In this document: piece after piece, positions 41,011 to 53,810 of the stretch
Numbering within the stretch: position 1 is the first letter of the stretch
Layout of the letters: the number at the start of each line of letters is the position of its first letter
Origin: Octopus vulgaris
Taxonomy: Eukaryota
Assembly (NCBI GenBank): GCA_951406725.2
Contig: OX597814.1
Span: forward strand, 179,242,001-179,306,000
DNA length: 64,000 bases
Direction of reading: 5' to 3'
Position numbers and translations under genes: made by a program
Notes under the pieces: generated by a model
Told to the model about the DNA's origin: nothing
Databases searched by the model: none
What the model saw: only the letters and a program-made list of their open reading frames with translations

Positions 41011-42105
41011 TTCAATAAAGGCCTTTAAATGGCTTACACAGAGACAGAGAGAAAAGACTAAAACATTCGAATAGAACATTATGTATATACAGGTGGACAC
41101 ATAAGTTGTTGACACATCTCAAAACTGCCATAGTCACATGTAACCGAGCAATCTGCCAGCGCTCGATATTTTCTTTTTTCGATGAACTATTTGGAACATC
41201 AAACAATATTGCTATGACGTCAAAGATACTTCCATAAGAATAAAACAAATATATATGTGCGTATGTGTGCATATTTTTCTGCTTGTGTGTTTTTCTGTGT
41301 GTCGTTAAATATTTGATCATGTGCTTTTCAAAGAAATCTCCTGAGGTCTTTCCTTCATAGACATCACGAATAAATGTCAATCTCACATTCATGAAAATGT
41401 TACACTAAAATAATTCCCCAAAGCAATATTTAGCAACGGCGAGATCAAATATATGTAATATAATGATTTGAAAATGTCCGATCAACTGACACTATCCTAG
41501 CGATTAGGAGAGGAAAATCCACTCGGTCCTTGAATATAATTTAAAATCTGTAATTCTTAACAGATACTTCAAAATAATATCATTCGGTTCTGGTTTGGTA
41601 TGTACAATTTTTAAGTAACCGGTATAAAATATTCAAATATATATATATAAACCAGTGAGTGTGTAAGAAGATAAATGTATATGTATGCGTTTATTTGTTT
41701 GTTGGTGTATGTTTTTTAGAATGTTCATGTGTATGCATGTATGCATGCCTGTATACACACACACACATATATATATATATATACTTTTATGTGCTATACA
41801 TTTACAGCTGTTTTTCATAATGAAATCGCTGTTGAATACAATTAAATTATGAAATTTGTGAGAAATATTTGATTTCCACCTCAAGTCGTTTTAGTTCATC
41901 TTTACATATATACTAGTAGGATACTTGGGTATAGTGCATGGTGATAACATAGACACATGCTCTCTCTCTCTCTCACTCACACACACTCTCACTCTCACAC
42001 CATCTATCTATGTATATAAGTGTATATATATATACATACATACAGACAGACATACAGACATATATATATATATATATACATACATACATATATATATACA
42101 TATAT

Positions 42106-42150
<45 letters not shown>

Positions 42151-43515
42151 AGTTAAACGCAGGTGTTATTCAAATTCTTTTACTTCCGACACTTGTTTCG
42201 AAGATATCACTGGTATTAATCCAAAGGAATAAAATGGTGTAAAGCAATATAATGAAAAAAAGGAAACTTGTCAATAAGACATTTTAAAAGAATATGATGG
42301 ATATGTATAGTGATTAACTGAACGCTACTAAGTTTTTTAATAAAACGTTAGAGGATATCATGTCAAAAGTAGCCTATAGAAAGAGGGGAGATAAAAGAAA
42401 GAAAGGAAAACACCCAAATACATGAGAAGTACATAACGATATGTAAATAATATAAAATCCTAAAGTCTTGGGAAAAGATATATTTATTGAATGTCAAAAT
42501 GTAAGAAGAAAATTAATGTTTAAATTACATATAATGATAGATATCATTCATATGAACTAAAGGTGTGTTTCTACTAATGTTTACATCGGTATGTGCGCTC
42601 TATAACCGTGTTTACAAGGGGATTTTTAGAAAAAAAGAATAAAAAATAGTTCAGAATTAAAGAGAAGACAGAATTCCTTGCCTTTATTATAAGAGATCGA
42701 AACTGAGAGAATCAACCAATCCAAATTAAATTGTTTATGGTGATCTTTTAGATACCAAATTAATTTACTAAGCCATGTACTGTTACGTTTATTCCTATCC
42801 CTAAATGTAGAATAATGGTTAGAAATCATTTTATATAACTGAGATGAACTGCCTGTATAAAAAAATACATCGGTATCTGAAGTAATTTTACACTGGTATA
42901 TAGAATACTTAATTTTAGAGTTACTTGACATATACTTGATTCTGTTGTAATTGACTTTAGATACCATAACCTTGTTATTAATATTTCTAGTGGGGTGGAT
43001 GGTATTAGCTAAATTAATATTAGTATTAGTAAATGTATCCCTATTTAATAAGCTAATATTATATGGATATATAATTTGTAAGAGATTTTTGTGTTGGAAA
43101 AACCAATCCTAACCGTATGTGAGTTGATAATAGAGTAATACCTAGAATGCTTTGGAAAATTCCTAATAATAGCTTCAGGAAACTGCAAAGGAAGATTAGA
43201 TTTAATTTGCCTCCCACAAGGAATAATTAACCAAATATTTTTACAATTAGTTACCTTATTTTTAGTGAAACCATATTTGAAAGACATAGATTTACATTTA
43301 GAATGAAAATAGGGGGTTAAATAAGGGTTATCTTCCTTCCTTTGTTAGATGTTGGCGTATAAATTAAAATTGGTTTCCTGTATCCGATAGTAAAGGTAGA
43401 ATAAGATTGAATGGAATTATTGTAGGTTAATTTCTCTGTATAACATGCTTTAAGTAAGGCAGATTTATAAAATTCGGCCTTATTGAAAATGTCAACATTT
43501 GCAGTTAACTTAGAT

Positions 43516-43516
<1 letters not shown>

Positions 43517-43552
<36 letters not shown>

Positions 43553-45166
43553 TTTTAACGTCCGCTTTCCATGCTGGCATGGGTTGGACGGTTCAACTGG
43601 GGTCTGGGAAGCCAGAAGGCTGCACCAGGCCCAGTCTGATCTGGCAGTGTTTCTACAGCTGGATGCCCTTCCTAACGCCAACCACTCAGTGAGTGTAGTG
43701 GGTGCTTTTTATGTGCCATCGGCACAGGTGCCAGGCGAGGCTGGCAAACGGCCACGTTCGGATGGTGCTTTTTACGTGCCGCTGGCACGGAGACCAGACG
43801 AAGCTGGCATAGGCCACGGTCGGATGGTGATTTTTACGTGCCACCGGCACGGATGCCAGTCGGGCGGCGCTGGCTACGGCCACGTTCGGATGGTTCTCTT
43901 ACGTGCCACCGGCACTGGTATCACAGCTACAAATTCCATTGATGTTGACAGATTACGATTTTGATTTTGATTTTCACTTGCCTCAACAGGTCTTCACAAG
44001 TGGAGTTTTGTGTCCCAAGAAGGAAAGGAATGCATAAGTGGGCTGGCTACATCCCTGGTATAGGCCACGGGATTCTGGCCTCTCTTGTCTTGCCGGGTCT
44101 TCTCACGCACAGCATACTTCCAAAGGTCTCGGTCTCTAGTCATTTCCTCGGCGAGACCTAAAGTTCGAAGGTCGTGCTTCACCACCTTGTCCCAGGTTAT
44201 CCTGGGTCTACCTCTTCCACAGGTTCCCTCAACCGCTAGGATATGGCACTTTTTCACACAACTATCTTCATCCATTCTCGCCACATGACCATACCAGCGC
44301 AAACGTCTCTCTTGCACACCACAACTGATGCTTCTTAGGTCCAAATTTTCTCTCAAAGTATTTACACTCTGTCGAGTATGAACACTAACATTACACATCC
44401 ATCGGAGCATACTGGCTTCATTTCTTGCAAGATTACACATATCCTCAACAGTCACGACCCATGTTTCACTGCCATGTAGCATAGCTGTTCGTACACATGC
44501 GCCGTACAATCTGCCTTTTACTCTGAGCGAGAGGCCCTTTGTCACCAGCAGAGGTAAGAGCTCTCTGAACTTTGCCCAGGCTATTTTTACTCTAGCAGGT
44601 ACACTTTCGGCGCACCCTCCCCCGCTGCTGACTTGGTCACCTAGGTAACGGAAGCTATCAACTATTTCTAGTTTTTCTCCCTGGAATGTGGCGGAAGATG
44701 GTCTCTGCGTATTTTCAGTGTTTATTGCTCCCGAGCATCTGCCACATACAAAAACTATCTTCCCAGTTAGCCTTCCTTTGACATTGCTGCACCTCTTATG
44801 TGTCCATAGCTTACACTTGGTGCATCCTATAGAGTTTCTACCTACGCCTTTTCTACAGATCGAGCAGGGCCATCTACCTGAGGGTGTTTGTGATTTGTCT
44901 ACCTCCTTACTTATTAGAACTTTGGTTTTAGCTAGGTTGACTCTAAGGCCCTTCGATTCTAATCCTTGCTTCCACACCTGAAACCTCTCCTCCAGTTCTG
45001 ACAGTGACTCAGCAATTAGGGCAAGGTCATCAGCATAGAGGAGCTCCCAGGGGCAACCTGTCTTGAATTCCTCCGTTATTGCTTGAAGGACTATGATAAA
45101 TAGGAGGGAGCTGAAAGGGCTTGGTGGACCCCAACCTCTACCCGGAATTCTTCACTGTACTCGTTG
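43517..45166 (-). mobile_element. Young 5'-truncated RTE-clade LINE
   Basis: RT motifs VGVHQ, ELLYADDL, FRYLG and RLRWYGHV. It has a ~450-bp 3' UTR and a (GAT)n tail at 43517-43552. Confidence 0.95.
43994..44977 (-). CDS. C-terminal part of RTE reverse transcriptase ORF with an embedded PHD-like C4HC3 finger (5'-truncated; frame continues upstream through YADD)
   Basis: 327-aa open frame containing CSIC..CTKC..HKRC..CGRC, FRYLGD, RLRWYGHVARM and GRGRPRITW. Confidence 0.85.
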   Translation of the reverse strand: MWKQGLESKGLRVNLAKTKVLISKEVDKSQTPSGRWPCSICRKGVGRNSIGCTKCKLWTHKRCSNVKGRLTGKIVFVCGRCSGAINTENTQRPSSATFQGEKLEIVDSFRYLGDQVSSGGGCAESVPARVKIAWAKFRELLPLLVTKGLSLRVKGRLYGACVRTAMLHGSETWVVTVEDMCNLARNEASMLRWMCNVSVHTRQSVNTLRENLDLRSISCGVQERRLRWYGHVARMDEDSCVKKCHILAVEGTCGRGRPRITWDKVVKHDLRTLGLAEEMTRDRDLWKYAVREKTRQDKRGQNPVAYTRDVASPLMHSFPSWDTKLHL

Positions 45167-46213
45167 CGAAATGAAATCTAAATGAAATATTCTTAACTAA
45201 GTTCCTAGTAATTACCCTAGAATGATTACTGAATTTGCTAATATACTTAAGATTGGTTGATGGTTTGTGGTATGGGAAGTACGAATTATTCTGTAAGTTA
45301 AGTGTAATAGCTAAAAACTTGGTCTTCGTTACATCATCGTCAAGAACGATGCTTAAGCCCACTCTACAGAAAAAAAAACTTAACTAAACTATTCTTAACT
45401 TTATGTACTTTTGGTCAGAAATATGTTGAAGGTAAAGTAAACAATCTTCACGATATAGACCTGCATTTATGTTTGGGAACTGTTCTGCGATTTCAAAAAG
45501 TAGATATATATATACAAACTAAATCAGCTACTTGTGCTGAATCAGAACTTCCCATTGTAACATCAAAACCATCTGGTGTGTCTTTACGGACACACAAGTT
45601 ATTGTCAAACTTTATGATAGATTTTCCTGCGGCCAACATAACATTATTTTCTTCCCTAGTGAGACCAGCTTTGTTATGAGCAAGCCAAAGTGCCTTATTA
45701 AGTAATATTTGGTTGATGGTTGAATAGAAATTAGAAATGTCAAGCTGGATAAATTTAGTGCTCCTCTTATTATAATAGAACTAAACCAGTCGACGACTTG
45801 GAATGAATTGGATCATAAACTAAGTTTTAATTTTTTTTATTTAGTGTAGGAACATATTTATCTTTAATATTTACTAAGTACACCGATGTCAGAGATAGAA
45901 GAACAGATAAGTCTTAAGGAAGGGTTATTAAACAAATTTTGTTTATGATCTATCACAATAAAGCAAGGTTGCTTAGGATCAAGTAGTTCTGTCTTCATTT
46001 GTAAGTTATACTTCTCCATAATTTTCTCAGCCTCAAGGTTGGCTTTCTTGAGTACACTTTTATCGGTAAAACATTTATAGCTCAGAATTTCTATCAAAAT
46101 GACAAATATCACAAAACACTATGGATAACCTAATCCATTCCAGAGGTTTGAGACAAAATGCTGCTAAATGCAATATTTTCCGTGTTAATAGTTAACAAAG
46201 GAAAAATACACAC

Positions 46214-46300
<87 letters not shown>

Positions 46301-46621
46301 TACATATATATGCAATATATATACATACATATATATACATATATATATATATATATACATATGTCTCTACATACTAGTCAGAAGATGCTAGCTTTAAGAT
46401 AACTTGTTACATCGGTTTGATTTCATTTCATCATATATTCATATATATATACTTAATTATGCAGATGGCATTCATGTGGGAAGAATGCAGAGAAGATATG
46501 AAATATGAATGAAGTCTGAACATCAATTTTCGAAAACATAATACAGAGCTATAATTGAATTGCAATTATGTTAAAAGTACGCACATTTATAAAGTACTAC
46601 CTAAATACTGCCAATAAATAT

Positions 46622-46665
<44 letters not shown>

Positions 46666-46669
<4 letters not shown>

Positions 46670-46911
46670 AATTGCAGCGTGGAAGGTGTTTATAAGCCTT
46701 TTAAGAAACACACAGAATGCGTTAGATTCACGTCAATATTTAAATTTAATTTGTCAAAATATTTTCGTCACGGAATTTTGTAAGTGAACGGGTCGCAGTT
46801 TCAAAGCGACGAAAATACTTTGACAAATTAAATTTAAATGTTGAAGTGAATCTAACGGATTTTGTGTGTTTCTTAAATAGCTTATAAACATCTTCCGCGC
46901 TGCAATTGTTT
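46666..46911. repeat. Fold-back inverted repeat (~104-bp arms, ~38-bp spacer) next to (TA)n; PLE-LTR-like
   Basis: 46666-46769 is the reverse complement of 46808-46911 with several mismatches. Confidence 0.9.
46777..46827 (+). ncRNA. Minimal type I HHR-like motif, G3-C8 core variant
   Basis: tttgtaa-GTGAACG-g-gtcgc(9 nt)gcgac-GAAA-atac-TT-tgacaaa. The inverted arm keeps the palindromic stem III AATATT. Confidence 0.55.
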
Positions 46912-47024
46912 TCGTTCCAGCACACGAACACAGATCAGGTCACTTGCTATGCAAGTGCATCTCCGTAATATATATATGGAAAAAAGTCAAGGTAGAAAAT
47001 GCTAAAATAATTTTATAAAACACA

Positions 47025-47066
47025 TTTCAGGACCGGTTTCACTCATTGAGACATTTTCAACTGTAA
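47025..47066 (-). ncRNA. Minimal type I HHR-like motif, U3-A8 core variant, GUC cleavage triplet
   Basis: Minus strand reads ttacag-TTGAAAA-tgtctcaatgagt-GAAA-ccgg-TC-ctgaaa. Confidence 0.55.
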
Positions 47067-47171
47067 GTATGGAAATCAAGTAAATTTTGGAAAAATTAAA
47101 AGAAAAGTTTTGTATAAGAATATTTGCATAGTATTCAAATACAAGGGGCATTTTCCTTCTTTCTGCCTGTA

Positions 47172-47177
47172 TCTCTC

Positions 47178-47240
<63 letters not shown>

Positions 47241-47361
47241 TGCTGTTGTGGGTTCGAGAATAAGAATCCACTTTTGTGGGAAGAAGAAGAAGAAGAAGAA
47301 GAAGAAGAAGAAGAAGAAGAAGAAGAAGAAGAAGAAGAAGAAGAAGAAGAAGAAGAAGAAG
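47172..47361. repeat. (CT)n and (GAA)n microsatellites
   Basis: Directly visible. They give the poly-K/E/R/S/L ORFs. Confidence 0.95.
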
Positions 47362-47394
47362 ACAAAGGAGGAGGAGCAGGAGAAGTCCTTGGAA

Positions 47395-48500
47395 GTCCAT
47401 TTATAAGTGCTTGGAATTTTTTAAGTTACTGTATATTTTCATGCCAAAGATTGAAACAGTCATCCAGGTATCTGTTCCAGTTATTTTCTATGTAGAGGGA
47501 GAATGGGTTGCCGTATTTTTCTAGAACCTTACGATAAAGACTAATTTCTAGATATCTCATGACTAGGTTAGCAAAGGATGGAGCCATTCTCGTACTAATC
47601 ACACTCCCCGATTTTTGTCGATAAATGGTGACTTTGAAGACGAAGTAGTTATTTTCCAGGATGAATGTTATCTCTTCTATCACGAATTCTTTTATGATGC
47701 CATGCGGGAGAGCGTTGGCTTAATTCTCTGGCCAGAATTGAATTGCCTCTATTGCTAGGTTGTGAGGGGATATTGGAATAGAGGTTGACTACATCGAAGG
47801 ATATTAGTAGGGCGTTTTTGTTTATTGTTTCAGGAAGATGATTGAGCATATCCAGGTTGTCCCTTATGTAGCTTTTGACATGCTTCAGGAATGGTTTTAA
47901 GAGGGTATCTAAAAAGTTACTGGGGCGGTGGGTTTGCATGCGGGACCTGCTATTATAGGTCTCGACTTGAGGACATTAGGAGTAGGGACTTTGATTATTA
48001 TGGCTGTGGCTATCTTGCATGCTTTATTTATTTTCTCATTTTTGTGTATCTTGGGAATACCGAAGAATTGACTGGCTTTACTTTTGAAATTGGTCATATA
48101 GTCATATTCTAAGTCGGTGAGCTCTTTTCTGTATAGATTTAACATGGATAATTTTCATTATTTTCTGCTGACTGTAGTATTAGTCCTTTTCATAATATAT
48201 TGTCTTCCAATATGGATATTACTAGAGTTATATAGAATACCGTGTCCATTAAGACAACTGAACTCCCTTTAACATACTTTTCGATTGTTATTGTTTTGTC
48301 ATCTTTTAATTTGTTCAGCTCAGCCCATTCTTTTTTTGCTGAAGTTTGGTTTGTGTTTTTGTTTGTGCATATGTTGATATGGGTAATTTGAGATGTGTTC
48401 ACAGAAATGATCAAGAGTTTGGTTCTTACCTTTTGAGGGGTTGTAGTTACTTCTATTTCGGACCAGCGATTCGTCCTCGCTGTATTAGTCGTATAGCTCT
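47395..48500 (-). pseudogene. Second Penelope-like element, RT region, frameshifted
   Basis: FFGIPKIHK, RPIIAG, LISFDVVNLYSNIP, ILENNYF..YRQ..MAPSFANL and WNRYLDDCF across ORFs 47426-48145. Confidence 0.85.
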
Positions 48501-50121
48501 TCAGCTTATACATACACACAAATGTGTGTGTGTTTGTGTGTGTATGTGTGTGTCCGTGTGCGCCTGTGTGTGTATGTGCGTGTGTATTTGTGTGTATGTA
48601 TGTATCGATGAATATATATATAGCTCAGAATTTCTATCAATATGACAAATATCACAAAATACTATCATACGGACAGCCTAATCCATTCCGGGCAATTTGT
48701 ATGCTTACTTAGCAAACCAGAGTTTTGAAATAAAATACTACAGTTAGAGCTGTATATTGCGAAATAGTCATTGAGTTACATTGTGTGTATGTGTACACAC
48801 GCACACATATATACTTATGTATGGGTTTGTGTGCGTGTGTATGCGCGTATGTGTTTCAATGTTTGTATGTATGTACGTGCGTATGCGTGTGCGTGTGCGC
48901 ATGTATCAATGAATATATGTGCTTGTGCTTATGTGTATCTAAAACTATCCAGTTCGTCTTAAGAAAGTCAAGATACTTCTGTTAGGATGGAAATCACTTT
49001 TGCTTAATTAGAAAATTATATTGTCTCCAATCTGTCGTTGTAGCTTATCTTTCAATAGTGAGTCCTGAAAGAGCAGATAATAAATATATATTGCCGAGAG
49101 CTTGGTTATGTGTAAAGATAAGCGCCATGGACCTTAAAATTAAGAAGTATATCTACAAAACTTTTATTCAATACTCCTGAAATGACGAATAACCTCGGTT
49201 TATTTACTGAATATAAGTTAACACTTGATCAAATTTAAGTATTTTAATATAATTGGACATTTATAAGTTGTTCCATCATTTTTACGTTAGTTTACTAAAG
49301 ATTCGTCTGCTTTCATTTTATAGATTATTTTTCCGTCGATCTTACGTCAAGACTGAATTTTATCACGAATTAAAATGGAGCTATAAATTCAAAACTATAG
49401 TTCAACAACTTTTAATATCATATTTTACTGCTTCTATATGTCCGTGCAGCAGAGTCGAATTACCTTCCACGTGCTTGTTTTTGTTAGCTCTGACTATTCT
49501 TTTTGTCTAGACAACAATGTCTTTTCTTGACAATAAGATACGTAATTTAGCAGTAAATTTACAGAAAACTGGCTGAATGCGGGCTTTCTTCGTGTATCAT
49601 TTTCTGCTTGTGTTAATCTTTGAGAATTTATGTGTATGAGTGATTATTTCTATTTTAGGACTTGTAGATATATTGTCAAAGATCAACGAAGTCATTATAG
49701 CATAGATTCAAAAGGATTCAGATTTCTACGAGGAAATTCATGGCAATATATGATATAAAGAAAGATAATAATTCAGAGATAGAGATTGAAAGACAGATTG
49801 ATAATGAAAGACAACAGAAGAGTTGAGAGGCAAAGAACACATTAGGGAATGATTCAATAGTTCCTTGTTCTCAAACAAACATATTATGGCAAGACGGAAA
49901 CGTTCATAAATCCAGGTCTGCAACTGCATATCTATTCCAACTTGATATTGAATTTTTAGCTGCTACCAATATACTAAGGAATGCATGAAAGTAATAAATC
50001 TAGATGCCGTGTGAGTAAAATGTAAAACATTTTTCTTTTGTGTAGCCATAAAAATAAAGCCAGTACACACACACGCACACATGCATACATACATACATAC
50101 ATACATACATACATACATACA

Positions 50122-50155
<34 letters not shown>

Positions 50156-50675
50156 CTTACACACATACATACATACATACATACATCCATACATACATAC
50201 ATACATACATACATACATACACATATGGTGACTTGCTGCTAAAGCATGTATTATTTCGTAGGAAAAGTCACTAAGAAAACTAGAAATAGAGCGAAATAAC
50301 CAGAATTTCAATCGCCTCTAAGAGGGATACTTTATATTGTAAACTTAATGTTTTGCACAGAAGGAAATTTCGTCAAAAATACGAGCTTTCCGTAGTAAAT
50401 TTAAATCTTCGAGAATCCCACGTGATTAAAAATAATTTGAAAATCTTCCCAATATAAGCTTCAAGTTTCCAGTTACGTGGTAATGTTTGATATCCGTATT
50501 AGGTAAATGTGTGTTAATAACTTAACTGTTGTAAAATAGGCTACATATTGTTGAGCCATTTTCCTAAGTACCATAGTTATTACACGCGTTTTCTTTATTT
50601 CCATCACATTGAAAACATGTATGTATGCATATATCTATCTTTCTCTCTCTCTCTTTCTCTCTCTCCCTCTCTCTA

Positions 50676-50741
<66 letters not shown>

Positions 50742-51176
50742 TATAGACGAGCTAATGAAGTGAATATTTTAGAAATACAAGTGAAAATGTTATTTTCAAC
50801 TGAAGATCGCAGAGTATATTTCTCATACAAAGCGTGAAATAAATTGATATTTAAACCAAACATACATTACTTACTGATGTATTCAACGCAAAGGTAAGCC
50901 TATTTCTCACATGTTCATTGCATTGCTTGCGTGTAAATTTTTCGTGAACTCGTGGTGGTTTTCGGAGCATCAGCTCTGATTTTATCAAGTGATATTATAT
51001 ACCCTACTGAATCTAAATTTTTTGGAGAGAGAGAGAGAAATATACATACATGAAGTAATTCGCTTTTTAGCCGAAGTATATACATTTTTAGTCGAAGTAA
51101 ATGAATTTATAATCATAGTGTGTAAGTTATGGGTTAAAACACTTTCACGTTCGCACGTATGGTTAAATTCTTGTGA

Positions 51177-51244
<68 letters not shown>

Positions 51245-51258
51245 AGATAGATAGATAC

Positions 51259-51339
<81 letters not shown>
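51177..51339. repeat. (GATA)n microsatellite
   Basis: Directly visible. Confidence 0.95.
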
Positions 51340-53099
51340 CGATTTATCTTGGCATGGATCGGTATATCGTTATGTAGCTACCAGAGAAGAGGTGGCCTCG
51401 AAGGTTCAAATTAATTACACTCTAGAGCGTTACTTCTACGTAACTTGTTCAACTTTTCTCATTATTTCCCTATTTGGATATCTCGGTTACATGTGCATGA
51501 GCTCATTATAACTGTCCCAGTGAATATGCAATATATTACTATCACCTGTGTCTATCTTGGAATAGTAGAAATCGCAGGTGTAGTTTATTATGGCATTCAA
51601 TAATATTGTTTAAAACTAGCAATACTTGTTATTCATTTTGGTGGCTGCTTTATCAAAAGCTGTATGATAATAATATTTTCTGATTTATGATACAACTACA
51701 TTCAAACTTATGCATTATTATTGTTTGTTTGAGGGAATATAGATATAATTCTATGATTTCTAACTCGTTTTACATTGCTCGAATTTTAATTGAAAGTGTT
51801 GAAAAAAGAATCGATGATTTCTATAATCTACGTAACGCCAGCGAATAAGATATTTAAGCAAAACAATGTCTGTTGTAAATATTATTCAAGTATAAAATTA
51901 ATGCAGATGACACCTGCAATAAAAATATTTATAACATATATTTATATTTAAAAAACAAATTGATATAAATATATTCTACCCCTGTTTCTACGTGTTTTCC
52001 GACTTAAAATTGCAAATTGTCATCTTTCCAACTTCCATCTTGATATGCTTATCTCCCTTGCAATAACTGGCCCCAGAGCAAACACATATTTGAAATGACA
52101 ATGAAATTATTCTCTCTGTTTTACTCATGCAAAATCTAGAGGGGGATGAGACAGAAACAAGCATACCTGGAAAGCATTTTAATGTAGAACAGCAAAGAGA
52201 AGAAACAGTGACTCTAACCGAAATGGAAGACGTGGCGCCAAGAGTGAAACATGGTAAACAGGCCATAAGGCGGAGAAAACATAGTTGGAATTTTGTAACA
52301 TATGCTAAGAACGTAAATATAGAAAAAAATGATAACGAAACTGAAATCCGTTATAAGGGTTAAGTTGCCCAAGGAGATATACTGTGATACTGTGAAGGTG
52401 ATTTTAATCGACAAAGAAAAGTATAGCAAGTTGAAGGAAAAGTTAATTGTTGTTTTGGAGAAAGGAAAAAAAGAGTAAACAAAAGTATGCTAATCGTAAA
52501 AAACACTGAAAAAGAAAAAGATTATCAACTGAAAGTAAGAACGTTGAAATAGTACTGCATTTGAGTGGAGCGCATGCAGCCAATTCATCACCATCGATTT
52601 CATTATGCATTTTTTCATTTTTCATTCATTGTGTTTTTTGTCCTCACTGCGGTGTTCTGTCTGTCCTTGTGCTGTCCCCTCTGTGTCATGACTTAGGTGC
52701 CAAATAAAAAGAATTACAGACTGTCCTTTCCCTCCTCACTCACCAGGATGCATCCGGATTACTCGGGTAAACCTTCATCTGCCGTCACGTCTACTGGTAC
52801 AGGTAAATTTATTTTCCTTTTTATTTCGTTTCTCATTTTTTGTTCGCCTTGTTATACGCTATCGCGTAATACATTTTTGAAGCAGGGGATTGGGGAATTT
52901 TGGGCACCTGGATGTCTGTGTCAGGAGGGGCAGGGTGAGGGTTGGTGAATGTAGGAGAGGGTGTTACAGTCAGGTGAGAATAGGGTGGGGATTCACATTT
53001 TTCCTCAGTTATTTTCCTCTTTTTCTCTTTTTGGCTTTCATACTCCATTCTCTTAGTTTCCTTCTCCATTCTCCGGCTTCTCCTCAAGCACACACAACG

Positions 53100-53810
53100 C
53101 CGCAGGATGTAGAGGTTCTGTTTCCTTATTTGTCACCCTTGCTCTTGGTGGAGGGCATTTTGCTTTTACGTGACCTTTTTATTCACATTTAAAGCATCCG
53201 GGCGTCATGCCCTCCACCATGACTCTCGGCTTTACATCCTCTCCGACTGAGTTGGTTTCCACCATCTCCTCCAAATATTCCGGAGTACCCTGGATAATCA
53301 TTTCCAATTTCTTGGTGGCAATCTTTTGGCCTAGAAGACCACAATCTTGTTCTCCATTCCCAACGGGATAGAGGCTACCAGCCAGGCAACATCCACCTCA
53401 GGTGGGATCTCTTCTATCCTTACACGAGGAGCGCGTCTTCCCAGGTATATGGGAAGAAGGACCACATCGTTTGTTTTAAGGGGAGTCATGCTGCCTGGTT
53501 GACGCAAATCGCAATCCACCGTTGCATATTTCCTTCCTCTCGTGAGTTATTTTACCTCTTTCCATATTAGCCTCAAAACCCTTTCAACCTGTGATTTAGT
53601 TGCGACATTTATACGCTGAAATTTCAAACTTTAAATTTTATACAGTATTGTACTCTTTTTCCTTTCAACCCTTGTTTCACGGGGAGGGGACACATTGACG
53701 TCTTTCCCCTCCCTTTTAAGCATTTCTTTACATCTACTCAATTTCTCCAGGTACACGTATTTACTTTTCTCTTTCACCGCCACTTCTTCGACTCCATTAC
53801 TTCGTCCATT
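53100..53810 (-). pseudogene. L1/Tx1-like LINE ORF1 remnant with a CCHC zinc knuckle
   Basis: LLPIYLGRRAPRVRIEEIPPEV..VMVEG..GCFKCE*KGHVKAKCP (CX2CX4HX4C at ~53154-53196). Confidence 0.7.

Larger units (their letters stand above)
42149..46075 (-). mobile_element. Decayed Penelope-like element (RT + C-terminal GIY-YIG), interrupted by an RTE LINE
   Basis: RT motifs KFIQLDISNFYSTI, GFDVTMGSSDSAQVADLV, GLYRED and YFPYHKP at 45170-46075. Endonuclease IYQCKI..FYTGSS..NHYSTFR..STWLSKLIW at 42626-42967. An LTR-like 3' part with GAAAcaagtgTC ends in a TA tract. Confidence 0.82.

Noticed and set aside
43702-43918. CRISPR-like array
   Set aside because: Eukaryotic LINE 3' UTR. The spacers are homologous to each other and there are no cas genes.
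52127-52363. 78-aa ORF, possible host exon
   Set aside because: TLTEMEDVAPRVKHGK loosely resembles the LINE pre-RT motif. It is too weak to call either way.
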